A stretch of 64,000 nt of DNA from Phoronis australis (GCA_002633005.1 NMRA01000022.1:1718639-1782638); one strand, 5' to 3'. Shown: positions 56,101-64,000, numbered from the stretch's first letter. Notes: generated by a model not told the origin, from the sequence alone. Numbers and translations are program-made.

Positions 56101-59100
56101 GGTCAGCCAAAATGTTTGAGTATTCATTAGGGTTGGAAGGAATCAAAGACATGGACGGCCTCCTAAGGTGTCTTCCTGTGCGCAAATGCTACTTATGAAA
56201 ACGCGACTTTGATATTTTAATCAGATTGAGCCATAATTCGTCGAAAAGCTTCCAGCGTATGAAGCTCATGCTATAAGATCTTCATCGTCTCTACTGGGGC
56301 CAGCGAGAGACAACGGTCACTATCTACTATACGACTGTCAGAACTATCCATTATTCGCTTGCTTAATTATTCCTTTTACAAGTAAATGGATTCCTTCTTT
56401 GATGCAGTATTGTCCGTTGCAGATGGCCCCAAGTCAGTGATAGTAACTGATGACAAGCAACGGAAATTCAGCGAAAACGCTGACATGGATGTCATCACGG
56501 GAGTAACGTACACTCTGAATTGCCTCACTGATGACGTGTGGCCTGGAGTGCACATTGAATGGCACGGGGCGTCTGGTCTGGGCGAGCAGATGGATGTGAG
56601 ATCGCAACAGTCGAAGACCGGAATACGAGTATCAACGCAACTGAGCATGGAGCCAAACATTTCAAGTGACGAGCAGGTGTTGTGGTGCATCGCCGTAAAC
56701 TCTGACAATGCTGGCATATCAGCAAAAGCAAAACTTACGCTGAAAATAATACGTGAGTGAAATAATATTTCAGTAAGAAAACAATGAGAAATTGGTCAAG
56801 CGTATTTTAAAAAGCCAAGGCCAAATGTGTTGTCCTTGCGGACTTTACTGGCGAATGAATGCATGCGGCAAAGTACAACGATGTTAAAACTATCCAACGC
56901 ATGACGATACTATGTGCTAAAAGGGACACCGAGAAATGTATACGGATGTTTGATTAGGCCACGGGTTCACAGATATCGAGGTACATAGCCACAAATCGAC
57001 CAGCTCGTTTTAGGTCGTAGGTGTGGGCTCGATAATGACTTCCTTTCTAGCACACAGCATCATCTGATGTTAGATTGTTTTGTATTGTTGTATTCTGTTC
57101 CTTGCTACGTCCTCAACGAAACTTTCATTGCCAGTTCTAGAACTGAATGTCAGATATATGCTAACCTATTTTTAAACTGGTAGAAAAGTTTTCATAAAGA
57201 GAATGAAAATTTCGATTTTCAGGAAACGCATCGTCAGTCAACGAGTTAGATATTAAACATGCTGGACAATAAATAACTGGATGTCTTTGTTCTACTGAGA
57301 ACGTAAACCACTTGGCTGGAATAATTTCTTGTACCATAACGATACCTGTAACAAAAAAGAAAGTGAAACTTAAAGGTCGTTGCAATAAGGCTGCAATAAC
57401 ATCAGCAACTACTTACGTAGGTAACTAAGCACCAGAAATTACTTACTGGTATGTAAACAAGGCAAAAAAACGCTTTCCTTGAAATGGTAGAGTTCTTTCC
57501 ATGAAAATGTTTGTTTCAGTGCCTACAACGTGAAAATACGTACACCTTGCGAATGCTTTTATCTTACTCAATAACTCGAGTTAAAAGGATAATAAACCCT
57601 GTTTTGACGATTTCAACCATTACCGTCATTCTGTCACCTGATGCATCGTTGACGTCAATCTTGAAAGCTAGAGGCAAGAAACAACTAAAAACACACACCC
57701 CGTATCTCACGTGATATTGTTAGATATCGTGTTCCTTGTTGGGTGGTCTTTTCCCACAGTTGCCCTGCATTTCGCTAAAACCCCATTTAGCAGACTTTGA
57801 AATTAGTTTTCAAATTTTTGGCCAAATATTTGAGGGTCACAGTATTGTTTTGTTTCTGGGAACTGGATGAGAAAGTAGCTTTTAGTATCTGTTTTAAAAT
57901 TTAAAATGGGCCAAAAGAGCGGATTTGGTATTTTAAGCAACAGGTACCAAAATGTCCAAAAGAAGTTATTAATGATGCAAAATGTTGTTATTATGAAATT
58001 ATCTTTTATTCAATCGTGACATCACTGGCAGATTTGATTTTAAAGGAAATTATTACCTTTTCAAGGTATAATGGACAATTAGAAAAAATGAGCAACTAAA
58101 AATACTGCAGACCAGAATCAACTATGCTTTTGACCTATATTCCTTTTCTCCACATGGCCATCGCTACCTGCCTACGCCCCTGCCTCCCTCCCTCACTCCC
58201 TCCGTCCTTCCTTCCCTCCGATTTTGTCTGTCGCACTCTCCGTGCCTCCCTCCCTCCTTCAAGCTGCCTGCCTCTCCCACGCCTCATCCACTCTTCTATC
58301 ATACTTTCATCCCTCTCTACTATAGGAAAAAAATTCTGATAATCTCTCGTCCTAACAGACTAACCTCAAGAGTGTAATGTATGGACGAACTCCAGATAAG
58401 CTCTTCTCTTCAAGCTTCTCTGGTGGCTCTGGGAATATCTCAGTTTTATAAAGCATATTTCCATATGTTGCAGAGTCAGAAGATGTGCTCATGCACGCTG
58501 ATCTTCAAAACTGGGCCGTCCCTTTGTCCGTGTTCCCGGCCGTTGCGCTGCTTTTGGGGGTGCTCGTAGCTGTGTACAAGCGCATGAAAGTGAAGAACAT
58601 ACTGCGGCGGCATGGTCAACTCGAACATGAGTTACAGCAATGTTTGAAAGAAGGAGATGATGAGACTGCAGACGTTGCAATGAATAAGTACAAGGCGTTA
58701 TTGAGTAAAAACAAGACACTGGTTAGACCCAATGAAGAACTGGTCAAAAAGGTTGAGGACAAACTGGAGACGTCAAACACTGAAGTAAACGACCTCTTGA
58801 CCAAGGTTAAGAAGGACATCGGTGTAGCAGTGGCTAGCGGTGACGCCACACAGATGGAAGCAGTGCTGAGAGGTCTGAAGCAGTTCTGCACCGACCAAGG
58901 AAGTCACTTGAGTATGCAGAAAGTAAAAAAGGAAATGTACAAGCTTCAAGACGAGATCGAGAAAGTGAAACCGACGGCAATCAAATTCAACGAAGTGGAT
59001 TTCCCCCAGCCTGAAAAGAAAACGGTGTTCACGCCAGACGTTGGAGCTGTAAAGAGACCGTCATCAACATCGGGTCGGGAGCCGGGTCAACTTGACTTAA

Positions 59101-60056
59101 AAACACAGTGTGATGCTCTAGTGAAGGGATTGTACGCAGCTATCAAGGGCGGTGACCAGACTGCAATAAAGGAATCATTAGCTAACTACCTGGAGTTTGT
59201 TCAGGAAAATAAAGGAGCGGTGAGGAGGGATGAATATTTGATAGCGCGTGCAAAGGCGTGTTCGAGCCAACAGTTACAGGATTTACACCAAGAACTCGTG
59301 TGCCGCCTGAGGGAATCCATGGCCGCAGCGCAACCTGCGGGGTCAGATATTGCCTCTGGACTCCAGTCTTACAAGGATTTCGTTCGCAAAAACGAGCGCT
59401 ATATCCCAGCGAACACAGGTCTTATTGCTGAGGCTGAAAGCATGCTTACTCGTTGCAGGAGTGACGCAAAGAGGCAAGCGATGTCTTCCAGATCGAAAAC
59501 AGAAGGAACGTCTGGCGGTTCTTTGTTAGAGCCAGAGCGCGAATTAAGGAAACATGTACTAAACATAGACACAGTGACGTTTTCATCTATGAAAGATTAC
59601 AAGAAACCACCCCAAATTGTGCACAGGGTCGTCAAAGCTACTTTACTTATACTGGGAGACTCCGAACAGGATATCGAGAACTGGGAAACGTGCCAAGATC
59701 GGCTTGCCGTAGTTCCTTCGCCCAACAATCGCGGTGGTTTGTTCAACCGCATAACACAGTTCAAGGTACAGTCAGTTAGTCCCGAAATTGCTGCCAGAGC
59801 AAGATGGTACTTAAAAGGTCTTTCAAAAGAGTTCGTTGAAATGGTCAACTCCGGAGCAACAATTTTTTACGAATGGGTGATGGCTGTGTGCCAAAGTTGC
59901 GGCAGTCAGTCTCCAGGAGATTATCAGGCAAAGAAACGAAACAGAAATAAGTCAGATAGTCCGAGTGATAATTATAAGTCTTTACATCCTGAGCATAAAA
60001 AACGACCTAGTGGGCACAGTCCACCTCGTCGTCGAAGCAACGTGCCCTCAATATAA
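1844..60056 (+). CDS. Multi-exon gene (5' end outside window) for a giant type-I membrane protein: at least 13 Ig-like domains, TM helix, helical repeats, dynein-MTBD-like C-terminal domain. Exons: 1844-2173, 3753-4070, 5519-5836, 7123-7440, 23823-24161, 30785-31129, 32571-32885, 39788-40090, 47486-47815, 48213-48533, 49464-49784, 52646-52939, 56423-56752, 58474-60056
   Basis: All 13 internal exons have YAG acceptors, GT donors (GTGAGT, GTAAGT or GTACGT), lengths divisible by 3 and phase 1 at both ends. Each begins with xGP and carries the Ig pattern C-x-T/S...P/G-x-A/V-x-I/V-x-W...LT...C-x-A-x-N. The terminal exon is also phase 1 and in frame. Joining of all exons into one mRNA is inferred. 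Confidence 0.85.
2310..2690 (+). mobile_element. Decayed CR1/L2-like LINE fragment (N-terminal RT region)
   Basis: Frameshifted remnants resembling SSGFDNISTKL, IINPLATIINQC, LKIA, PISL and LFEK. Confidence 0.5.
3596..3670. repeat. Low-complexity (CATA/TGCA/TA) microsatellite
   Basis: atgcatacatatgcatatgcatacatgcatgcat...tatatatat seen directly. Confidence 0.8.
3753..4070 (+). CDS. Ig-like domain exon 2
   Basis: tttcag|CCGGACCT, T|gtgagt, 318 nt; VTIDCRTDEVYPNATMGW...YTCSANN. Confidence 0.9.
4279..4372. other. Assembly gap (run of N)
   Basis: 94 N; single Ns also occur at 16340, 34093 and 55210. Confidence 0.98.
4430..5085. mobile_element. MITE-like element with imperfect inverted ends, duplicated with the intron (second copy about 6105-6755; related fragment about 46610-46670)
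   Basis: aagttaagaccaaaatcgggctaag at the left and its imperfect reverse complement ttaacccgatttcggttttagttacgacagaaa at the right; dispersed copy elsewhere in the window. Confidence 0.45.
5519..5836 (+). CDS. Ig-like domain exon 3
   Basis: tttcag|CTGGCCCT, T|gtgagt, 318 nt; VTVDCETDNVTGNASIAW...YTCSANN. Confidence 0.9.
7123..7440 (+). CDS. Ig-like domain exon 4
   Basis: tttcag|CTGGCCCT, T|gtgagt, 318 nt; paralog of exon 3. Confidence 0.9.
7917..8300 (-). mobile_element. 3' fragment of RTE-clade LINE
   Basis: Minus strand reads RKWSWIAHTLRK...LNWNTQGRQKRGRP, the typical RTE C-terminal motif, with a short taagtcaagtaagtca tail. Confidence 0.75.
8466..8548 (+). pseudogene. Truncated Ig exon (5' part only) with intact acceptor
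   Basis: ccttcatattttag|CCGGCCCT matches acceptors of exons 2-4; GPTVLTMRFENSELPNN is homologous to exon 3/4 starts, similarity stops at about 8518 and the frame ends at TAA 8546-8548. Confidence 0.75.
10020..12655 (+). mobile_element. Decayed L1/Tx1-clade LINE ORF2 (APE end, RT, C-terminal Cys/His region)
   Basis: GYWSDH, FWKFNNSLL, EIRGKTIS, RSRVRWIEEG, DFEEAFDS, GCSQGNPSSPYIF, YADDT, FQFRIRHR, FCNKAPKTLSHLF; many stops and frameshifts; A-rich end. Confidence 0.85.
13597..16510. mobile_element. Non-autonomous TIR DNA element with 6-bp target-site duplication (GTGCCT)
   Basis: Left tgatgcgccgtgaaatgtaacaattttgt vs right reverse complement taatacgccgtacaatgtaacaattttgt; GTGCCT at 13591-13596 and 16511-16516; subterminal aatgtaaca repeats. 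Confidence 0.75.
13960..15260 (+). mobile_element. DIRS/Ngaro-type retroelement 3' fragment with tyrosine recombinase C-terminus (about 13975-14337)
   Basis: CPVAHLRTYL...GPLF, then after a frameshift YNSHSFGIGSATSAAALG...IQRMGRWKTDAV, matching HSFRIGxAT and GRWxSxA YR motifs; pyrimidine-rich downstream region; 3' boundary approximate. Confidence 0.75.
16789..21434 (-). mobile_element. TIR DNA transposon with long subterminal repeats and a decayed PIN/5'-nuclease-like + Cys-rich ORF (about 17830-18950)
   Basis: Ends GGGAGCC...GGCTCCC with several hundred bp of inverted similarity; minus-strand remnants HEEASSIIVQQ, VSDDKNVF, HVL*GCNAMACYYGVGK, LSPTTETFREN..RAQYQ..W, CDCKG. Confidence 0.75.
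19496..20980. mobile_element. Internally deleted Kolobok-like element: THAP-transposase 5' part (+, about 19647-20450) facing a KolX/P2X7-ballast-like ORF (-, 20760 to about 20450)
   Basis: Perfect 38-bp TIR gctactccggaagtgacgttttaggaggcaagcatttc at 19496-19533 and 20943-20980; THAP motifs FP..W..VCGKHF..LKQDAIPS; KFIV..CQVC..CVAGH..W zinc ribbon; minus strand YMFEP..WCKCTVCVVMPTSMECLCCSE. Confidence 0.75.
23823..24161 (+). CDS. Ig-like domain exon 5
   Basis: ttttag|CCGGCCCC, A|gtaagt, 339 nt; FTCLTGEVWGGARVSW...VTFTP...VECRAVN. Confidence 0.88.
24258..24530 (+). mobile_element. Partial HINE (Helentron-type) copy
   Basis: Begins ttttatgcgccaacatatacatatatgggt, homologous to the element at 60704; contains the cccaagtggcaatttt repeat motif. 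Confidence 0.55.
25141..25861. mobile_element. Harbinger-like MITE with 3-bp TSD CAG (related partial copies at about 46090-46580 and 50920-51069)
   Basis: TIR cctcccgttca(t/g)taacgctaggacc at both ends, flanked by CAG at 25138-25140 and 25862-25864; internal segment repeated at 46.1-46.6 kb. Confidence 0.75.
25921..28435 (-). mobile_element. 5'-truncated CR1/L2-group LINE (RT pseudogene)
   Basis: MDLSKAFDCLPHSLLISKL, GVPQGSILGPL, YADDNT, NPDKFQ, NLTFDSHISNICKRAS; minus-strand aataaa plus (cttgaat)n tail near 25921-25950. Confidence 0.88.
28450..30000 (-). mobile_element. Decayed Ty3/Gypsy gag-pol fragment
   Basis: Gag LDNFYIRLRDITNRCE; RT VEKELERMEAEGII, VRLYGDYRITVN, IDMPRAYQQ, LFRYKRLPFGI, MLDDVLVTG. 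Confidence 0.85.
30785..31129 (+). CDS. Ig-like domain exon 6
   Basis: ctctcag|GTGGACCC, T|gtaagt, 345 nt; LKCITDLSFPNVNMNW...LEPTRALH..LICNASN. Confidence 0.87.
32571..32885 (+). CDS. Ig-like domain exon 7
   Basis: tttcag|TTGGGCCT, C|gtgagt, 315 nt; FKCTSSETWEIASVSW...ISFTPNAEQHNTNVKCSAHN. Confidence 0.9.
34756..35270. mobile_element. Two decayed, head-to-head THAP-domain starts (DNA transposon remnant)
   Basis: Minus strand MKSCIWRG.SNS...F...LCAAHFEESCF; plus strand SCVLRCSN...IRKRWVVAIRRDKGKYFRV. Confidence 0.55.
36491..39251 (-). repeat. About 130-bp direct repeats (36491-36621, 39123-39251) flanking about 2.5 kb; possible decayed LTR element
   Basis: tcaagagaaaaacaacaccat...actactctacactactcaaca occurs twice in the same orientation and starts TGTTG on the minus strand; internal coding remnants not confidently recognised. 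Confidence 0.4.
37609..38540. mobile_element. Young MULE-like foldback MITE: about 270-bp near-perfect TIRs and 9-bp TSD GGATGTGCG (older relative at about 55830-56327)
   Basis: 37609-37880 is the reverse complement of about 38272-38540; GGATGTGCG at 37600-37608 and 38541-38549. Confidence 0.88.
39788..40090 (+). CDS. Ig-like domain exon 8
   Basis: tttacag|ATGGCCCC, T|gtaagt, 303 nt; VTIDCFTPLLYPDATIQW...YKCSAKN. Confidence 0.9.
41000..43352 (-). mobile_element. Highly decayed Ty3/Gypsy element (5' LTR-like segment, PBS, gag remnant)
   Basis: Minus strand starts TGTAGTG at 43352; PBS-like TGGCGGCGAGG near 43228; gag LRTVAAACNFHDTDREILTQ..GCLSTQLR; left boundary uncertain. Confidence 0.55.
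43450..44251 (-). mobile_element. HINE (Helentron-type) element with about 145-bp internal tandem repeats
   Basis: Minus strand begins tttttatgcgccc like the 60704 element; periodic gccactagggg/gccaccaggtgg motifs. Confidence 0.65.
47486..47815 (+). CDS. Ig-like domain exon 9
   Basis: ttttag|ACGGACCA, G|gtgagt, 330 nt; LTCTTDMSWKTVDILW...LVLKPQSTWHGDVVTCSAFN. Confidence 0.9.
48213..48533 (+). CDS. Ig-like domain exon 10
   Basis: ttttgcag|ATGGGCCG, C|gtgagt, 321 nt; LSCTTDYVYPWADLVW...KTCVAT. Confidence 0.85.
49464..49784 (+). CDS. Ig-like domain exon 11
   Basis: tttcag|ACGGACCG, T|gtaagt, 321 nt; ARCVAEDYSPGVTIDW...LHGSKVTCKATN. Confidence 0.9.
50719..52339. mobile_element. Element bounded by degenerate CA-rich/TG-rich inverted repeats
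   Basis: tagggaccacaacaccccacaaac...taggtgtcgct at the left and agcgacacctg...gtgtggggtgttgttggaccta at the right. Confidence 0.45.
52646..52939 (+). CDS. Ig-like domain exon 12
   Basis: ttctag|TTGGCCCT, C|gtacgt, 294 nt; ITLSCRTDDVFPSAVVEW...NVTCTA. Confidence 0.87.
54769..55651 (+). repeat. 441-bp direct duplication separated by a single N (probable assembly overlap artefact)
   Basis: 54769-55209 and 55211-55651 differ at only about 2 positions; N at 55210. Confidence 0.85.
56423..56752 (+). CDS. Ig-like domain exon 13 (membrane-proximal)
   Basis: gttgcag|ATGGCCCC, C|gtgagt, 330 nt; TLNCLTDDVWPGVHIEW...LSMEP...LWCIAVN. Confidence 0.9.
58170..58320. repeat. CT-rich low-complexity tract
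   Basis: cctccctccctcactccctccgtccttccttccc seen directly. Confidence 0.7.
58474..60056 (+). CDS. Terminal exon: TM helix (about 58512-58577), helical repeats (about 58620-59450), dynein-MTBD-like domain (about 59541-59894), basic/Ser-rich tail
   Basis: gttgcag|AGTCAGAA phase-1 acceptor in frame with the 523-aa ORF; WAVPLSVFPAVALLLGVLVAVY followed by KRMKVK (positive-inside); stop TAA at 60054-60056. Confidence 0.9.
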
Positions 60057-60656
60057 CCTGCTTTCAGTTACTGAGGCATTTTGAGCATAAATGAGTTTTG
60101 ACAATTTTTATTGTTATTCGGTATTTTAAGGTTATGCAAAGCTTTACTGACAAGTGTATGATTTAGCCAAATACCCCGAAAATTTAGAATTTAATTTAAG
60201 TGTACATTTTCTGCAACTGGAAAGCCTGTAGAATTTGATTTTTAAGTTTTTACCAAACTGGCCATATTTTTTAGGAAACCTAAGCGAAAAAGAAAGGCAC
60301 ATTTGTAACCAAACCGGTGTATCAATAGCACGACCAAATTTTGCTGAATGCACAAACTTAAGTCCTACATGACCTGAAGTGGGAAGGCGTTACCCCTTCA
60401 ACTTCACGGGGAAAAGATCTGGCCCCCGCTTCATACAGCACTTTCATGACTAGATGCGTCTACATAAACAGAGAGGTCTAGTTACTAGGTAGTGCGGAGA
60501 TTTCGGAAAAAAATCCCGTAACAGAACAACAATTGACGGTGTTTCAGAAATTTTCCGCAAAAGCTCCCATGGTCGTCCTTTTGCCACCATTTTCTCCAAA
60601 GGAGCGCCCAGCAAATGGAATATTTAAAAGCTAAGAATAGAAATGATGATATTATC

Positions 60657-60662
60657 AATAAA
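60657..60662 (+). promoter_or_regulatory. Candidate polyadenylation signal
   Basis: First AATAAA I found downstream of the stop codon, about 600 nt away; no transcript evidence. Confidence 0.25.
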
Positions 60663-60703
60663 TTGCTTTACAAGTTGAAATCCTTTTATGAAGAATGGTC
60701 TCA

Positions 60704-61759
60704 TTTTTATGCGCCCACATATTTATATGTGGACGCATTATGCCGTCATCTCCGTCCGTCCGTCCGTCCGTCCGGGCGGCGTCCGGCGTCCGGTGCTTTA
60801 TCTCCAAAACCCTTTGACATTCGTTCATGAAATTTGGCACATATGTTCCATTCATGAATGAGACGGCATGTGCGAACTTTCGGACGGATCCGACTACCGG
60901 TGTGCCCCCTAGTGGCAATTTTAGTTTTTTACGCTTACCTTTGTATCTTCAAAAGTCATGAACGGATTTTCATGAAATTTGGTATGTAGGCACCTATTAG
61001 TGAGATGACGCTGTCCTTCCGTTTCCAGATGGATTCGACATAGTTTGCGCCACCTAGTGGCCATTTTTAGTGTTTTCGAGTCTGTATTTTTGCGTCCACC
61101 CCTCTATCAACCAAACCGCTCAAAGGATGATTGTGAAAATTGGCATGTATGTTCTTACTATGAAGAGGACGGTTGACGCTGAATTTCCCCTGACTTTGAT
61201 TACTGTGGCGCCTCCTAGTGGCAGTTTTTTTGCGCCCATGGCTGTATCTCCCAAACCGTTTGCAGGATCTTTACTAAATTTAGCAAGTGTATTTATTTGA
61301 TGCTGACAACGGACGATGACGACTTTAGGATGATTCTGACTACCGGTATGCCTCTAGTGGCAATTTTAGTATTTTACATTGACCTCTGTATTTTCATAGG
61401 TCTTCAGATGTATACTTTGTGCTACTTAGTGACTATGAAGGAAAAGTTCCAAGTAGAAATTTGTTTCTGGCAATCTAATGCTGTGCTAATCTCGTATGTT
61501 GGTAAATTTGTTTTTAATTCTATGTTTCTGTGGTGCTTTAAACAACTGATGTATAGGATGTGCTTGTATTATGAAGATTACTCACATTTTGCCCCTAGCC
61601 TATTGAGGAGACAATGACCACGCCTTTCCATTTTGCTAAGTACAACATACTACATATATGCCCTCTACTGGCCACTTTATGGTACCAATAAACAACCCTA
61701 GAAGGATACCGTATGCGGTGCAATTGTGGGCGCATTTCAACGCTCTGCGTTGCTCTTGT
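60704..61759 (+). mobile_element. Apparently full-length HINE (Helentron-associated, DINE-1/Pearl-like) element
   Basis: 5' tttttatgcgcccac, (GTCC)n microsatellite, about 145-bp tandem repeats, 3' subterminal inverted repeat gtgggcgcat followed by hairpin caacgc-tct-gcgttg and ctcttgt. Confidence 0.75.
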
Positions 61760-64000
61760 ATGAATAGACGTCGTAGGCGCGAATACCTTTGATTTTACTC
61801 GAGCAATTTACGGTTTTAAGTAGTCTTTAAAGTAACACGGTGAGACTTACCGGAAGTAACTAAAAACAAATACCAAGATATCTTCAGTTAATTTATGCAA
61901 AGTAGTTCCCATTAAATACATGCTCATTTAAAATTACAAGGGACGAAAATATCGACAAATGCGTGAAAAGAGGCGTTTGACTGATTAACCTTAAAGCAAC
62001 ACGTTTTTAAGAGGAAGGCAAGGAAATGGAAGTTTTGATCAACATTTCAAACTACAACTTTCAGTTTTGTCACGTGTTTGTTCATTTTTGAAAAGTTTGT
62101 TGAATTCTTCTATATTCAACAGTTTTGTGAAGAAAAAATATCTTATCGAAAACACGGTTTATGTAAATAATTGAGTAAGATGTGTCTCTGGTACATGACA
62201 ATTCGTTATTGTTGGGTATATGGACTGTTCAGCAACATTTTTAGTGAAAGATAAATTACAACTAGTGACGCTTTTTCTTTTAATTAACCTTGATCGCCAA
62301 TATCAGTGACACAAACATGTATGTCGCGGAGGGAGGTTAATGGTGCGAACGCCCGCGATTATTAGCAAAAGGTCGAAGGGGCCTACGCGCCATCAGACCG
62401 TGACAAAAATAAAAAGTGGACATGATTGTATCCAATTTTTAAGTGAGGGGAACAACTGACGAATTAAATGTAAGCGTACCCATAATCGACATCAGTCTCT
62501 CCCCTTCCCCACCAGTATTGCCGCCTCTATCCCCCTGATAATGGTAAATCGTCAGAAGTCTGTCTTTTGAGGAGACAGTGTCACTTTGTAAGAAGGCGGC
62601 CTCTGTTTCGTGCTTTTACGAATAAGATACATGTCCGCTTTTAACCCTAAGCACGATATGCCGTGCGTGGATTCTACCTTTCTCAGTCTTCTCATATACT
62701 CGGAAAGACACACGCAATTGTATAGTCACACGATGCAACAGCTGCCCAATATCCCGTCGCGAAAACGAAGAGGACATAATACTTGTAACCAAGAGACCAA
62801 TGAACAGGTGCAAGTTACAAGAAAATCACCTTGACATACGTTGAGACGTCTCATGGCACGACAATACCGCTGCATAAAAAGTAATAAGTACTGCGCAGAG
62901 CGTCTTTTGAGTTGATTGTAGGTTTCTAAATTCCAAGGCGTTTTAAAATCCGTAATTCACTGTATGGGAAGTGTAGAAAATTCTCGAAGGCATGCACGTA
63001 AATACTTCAAGAACAACCCGGAGAGTATAGGAGGTAGGGCGACCCTCGGAATTCATAATTTATTAGTGTTAACATGACTACCGCTTCGTTGCTGTCTTAA
63101 CCTGTTACGAGAATGGTTTATGAGATAATTTGCGCTAAAAAATTGCAAATGCCGTTGTTACCATTGCTAGTTGACGTACATAAAGCGGAACTTTCACGCT
63201 AATTCTTACCTCTGAGATTGCTTGTTCAAATTAGTTAGAAACAACATATAGCGACGATGCGAATATGAAGTACGTTGAAAATTGACAAATGTTTTTAAGA
63301 GCGAGTTTTGAGTCGAAAATAATCCACTTCAAATCATGCAAATGTGTCCAGTAAGTGTTGGGGAATAACACTGCATGATGCGGGCTATGTGAGCCCCCAA
63401 GGCACGTCACTTGTGCGAAGGTCCGTTTATTTGCAGAATTTTTTGTTTTCACTTTTACATGTTGTCATTGATTACAACTATGCTTTTGTTTAGCGTAGAT
63501 GTACTACAGTGTACTTCATATTTACCCCGTCGCTATATGTTGTGTTTCTAATTCTACCATGCAATCACAAAGATAAGGAATTAGCGGGCAAGTTCCACGG
63601 TGGCCCTTAAGAAAAAAAAAGATAATAATAAAAACGAAAAAGCATCACCGATAGACGCAAACAACGAACCCGGCCTCCAAGGATTTGGGCCCCCTGATAC
63701 GAAAAGAATGAGCAGCGACTGATGCTATCTCCGTAATTAAAGTTTCCACTTCATGTTAAGTTATATACAATTTCAAAAAACCGAAGAAAGAAATAGATAG
63801 CTGACTCTGCTATCCTTTGCCAGAAGGGAGAGCTTGGAGATATATAGTTTAAGAATCGGAATCAACGTGCTCTTAAAAATCTGCGCACAGCAAATTATCT
63901 CGAACTTTTTCGAAGTTTGTGTGGTTTTACGAGCAGTTAATTATTCGAGGAATCTGTAGAGTAAAACAAGTGCCCCGTCAAATGCTCTGGCCAGTGTCTC

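Noticed and set aside
59900-60056. Possible ITIM (DNYKSL) or PDZ-binding C-terminus (VPSI)
   Set aside because: The residue at Y-2 is Asp rather than S/I/V/L, and the -2 residue of the C-terminus is Pro; neither fits the consensus
58485-60056. 523-aa ORF as a stand-alone gene or a dynein heavy-chain fragment
   Set aside because: It has an in-frame phase-1 acceptor matching the Ig exons, a TM helix, and no AAA ring or long stalk coiled coil

Overview
Eukaryotic, AT-rich, transposon-dense animal genomic DNA, most likely from an invertebrate; the species cannot be determined. The window is dominated by the 3' part of one large + strand gene. It has 13 intact symmetric phase-1 exons (294-345 nt), each encoding one Ig-like domain of the CD80/nephrin-like C2 type, plus one truncated Ig exon. 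A single 1.58-kb terminal exon (58474-60056) encodes a transmembrane helix, about four helical repeats and a C-terminal domain that resembles the dynein heavy-chain microtubule-binding domain (MTBD). The start codon and signal peptide lie upstream of the window; the visible part encodes about 1,920 aa. This multi-Ig + TM + MTBD-like architecture is the most notable finding. Ig exons 2-4 and the broken fifth copy come from recent tandem duplication of exon+intron units. The introns carry decayed L1/Tx1, CR1/L2-like, RTE, Ty3/Gypsy, DIRS/Ngaro, THAP/Kolobok-like, MULE-like, Harbinger-like and Helentron-type (HINE) elements, including a three-level nested transposon cluster at about 12.7-21.8 kb. 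All protein family assignments are by-eye motif recognition, not database searches.
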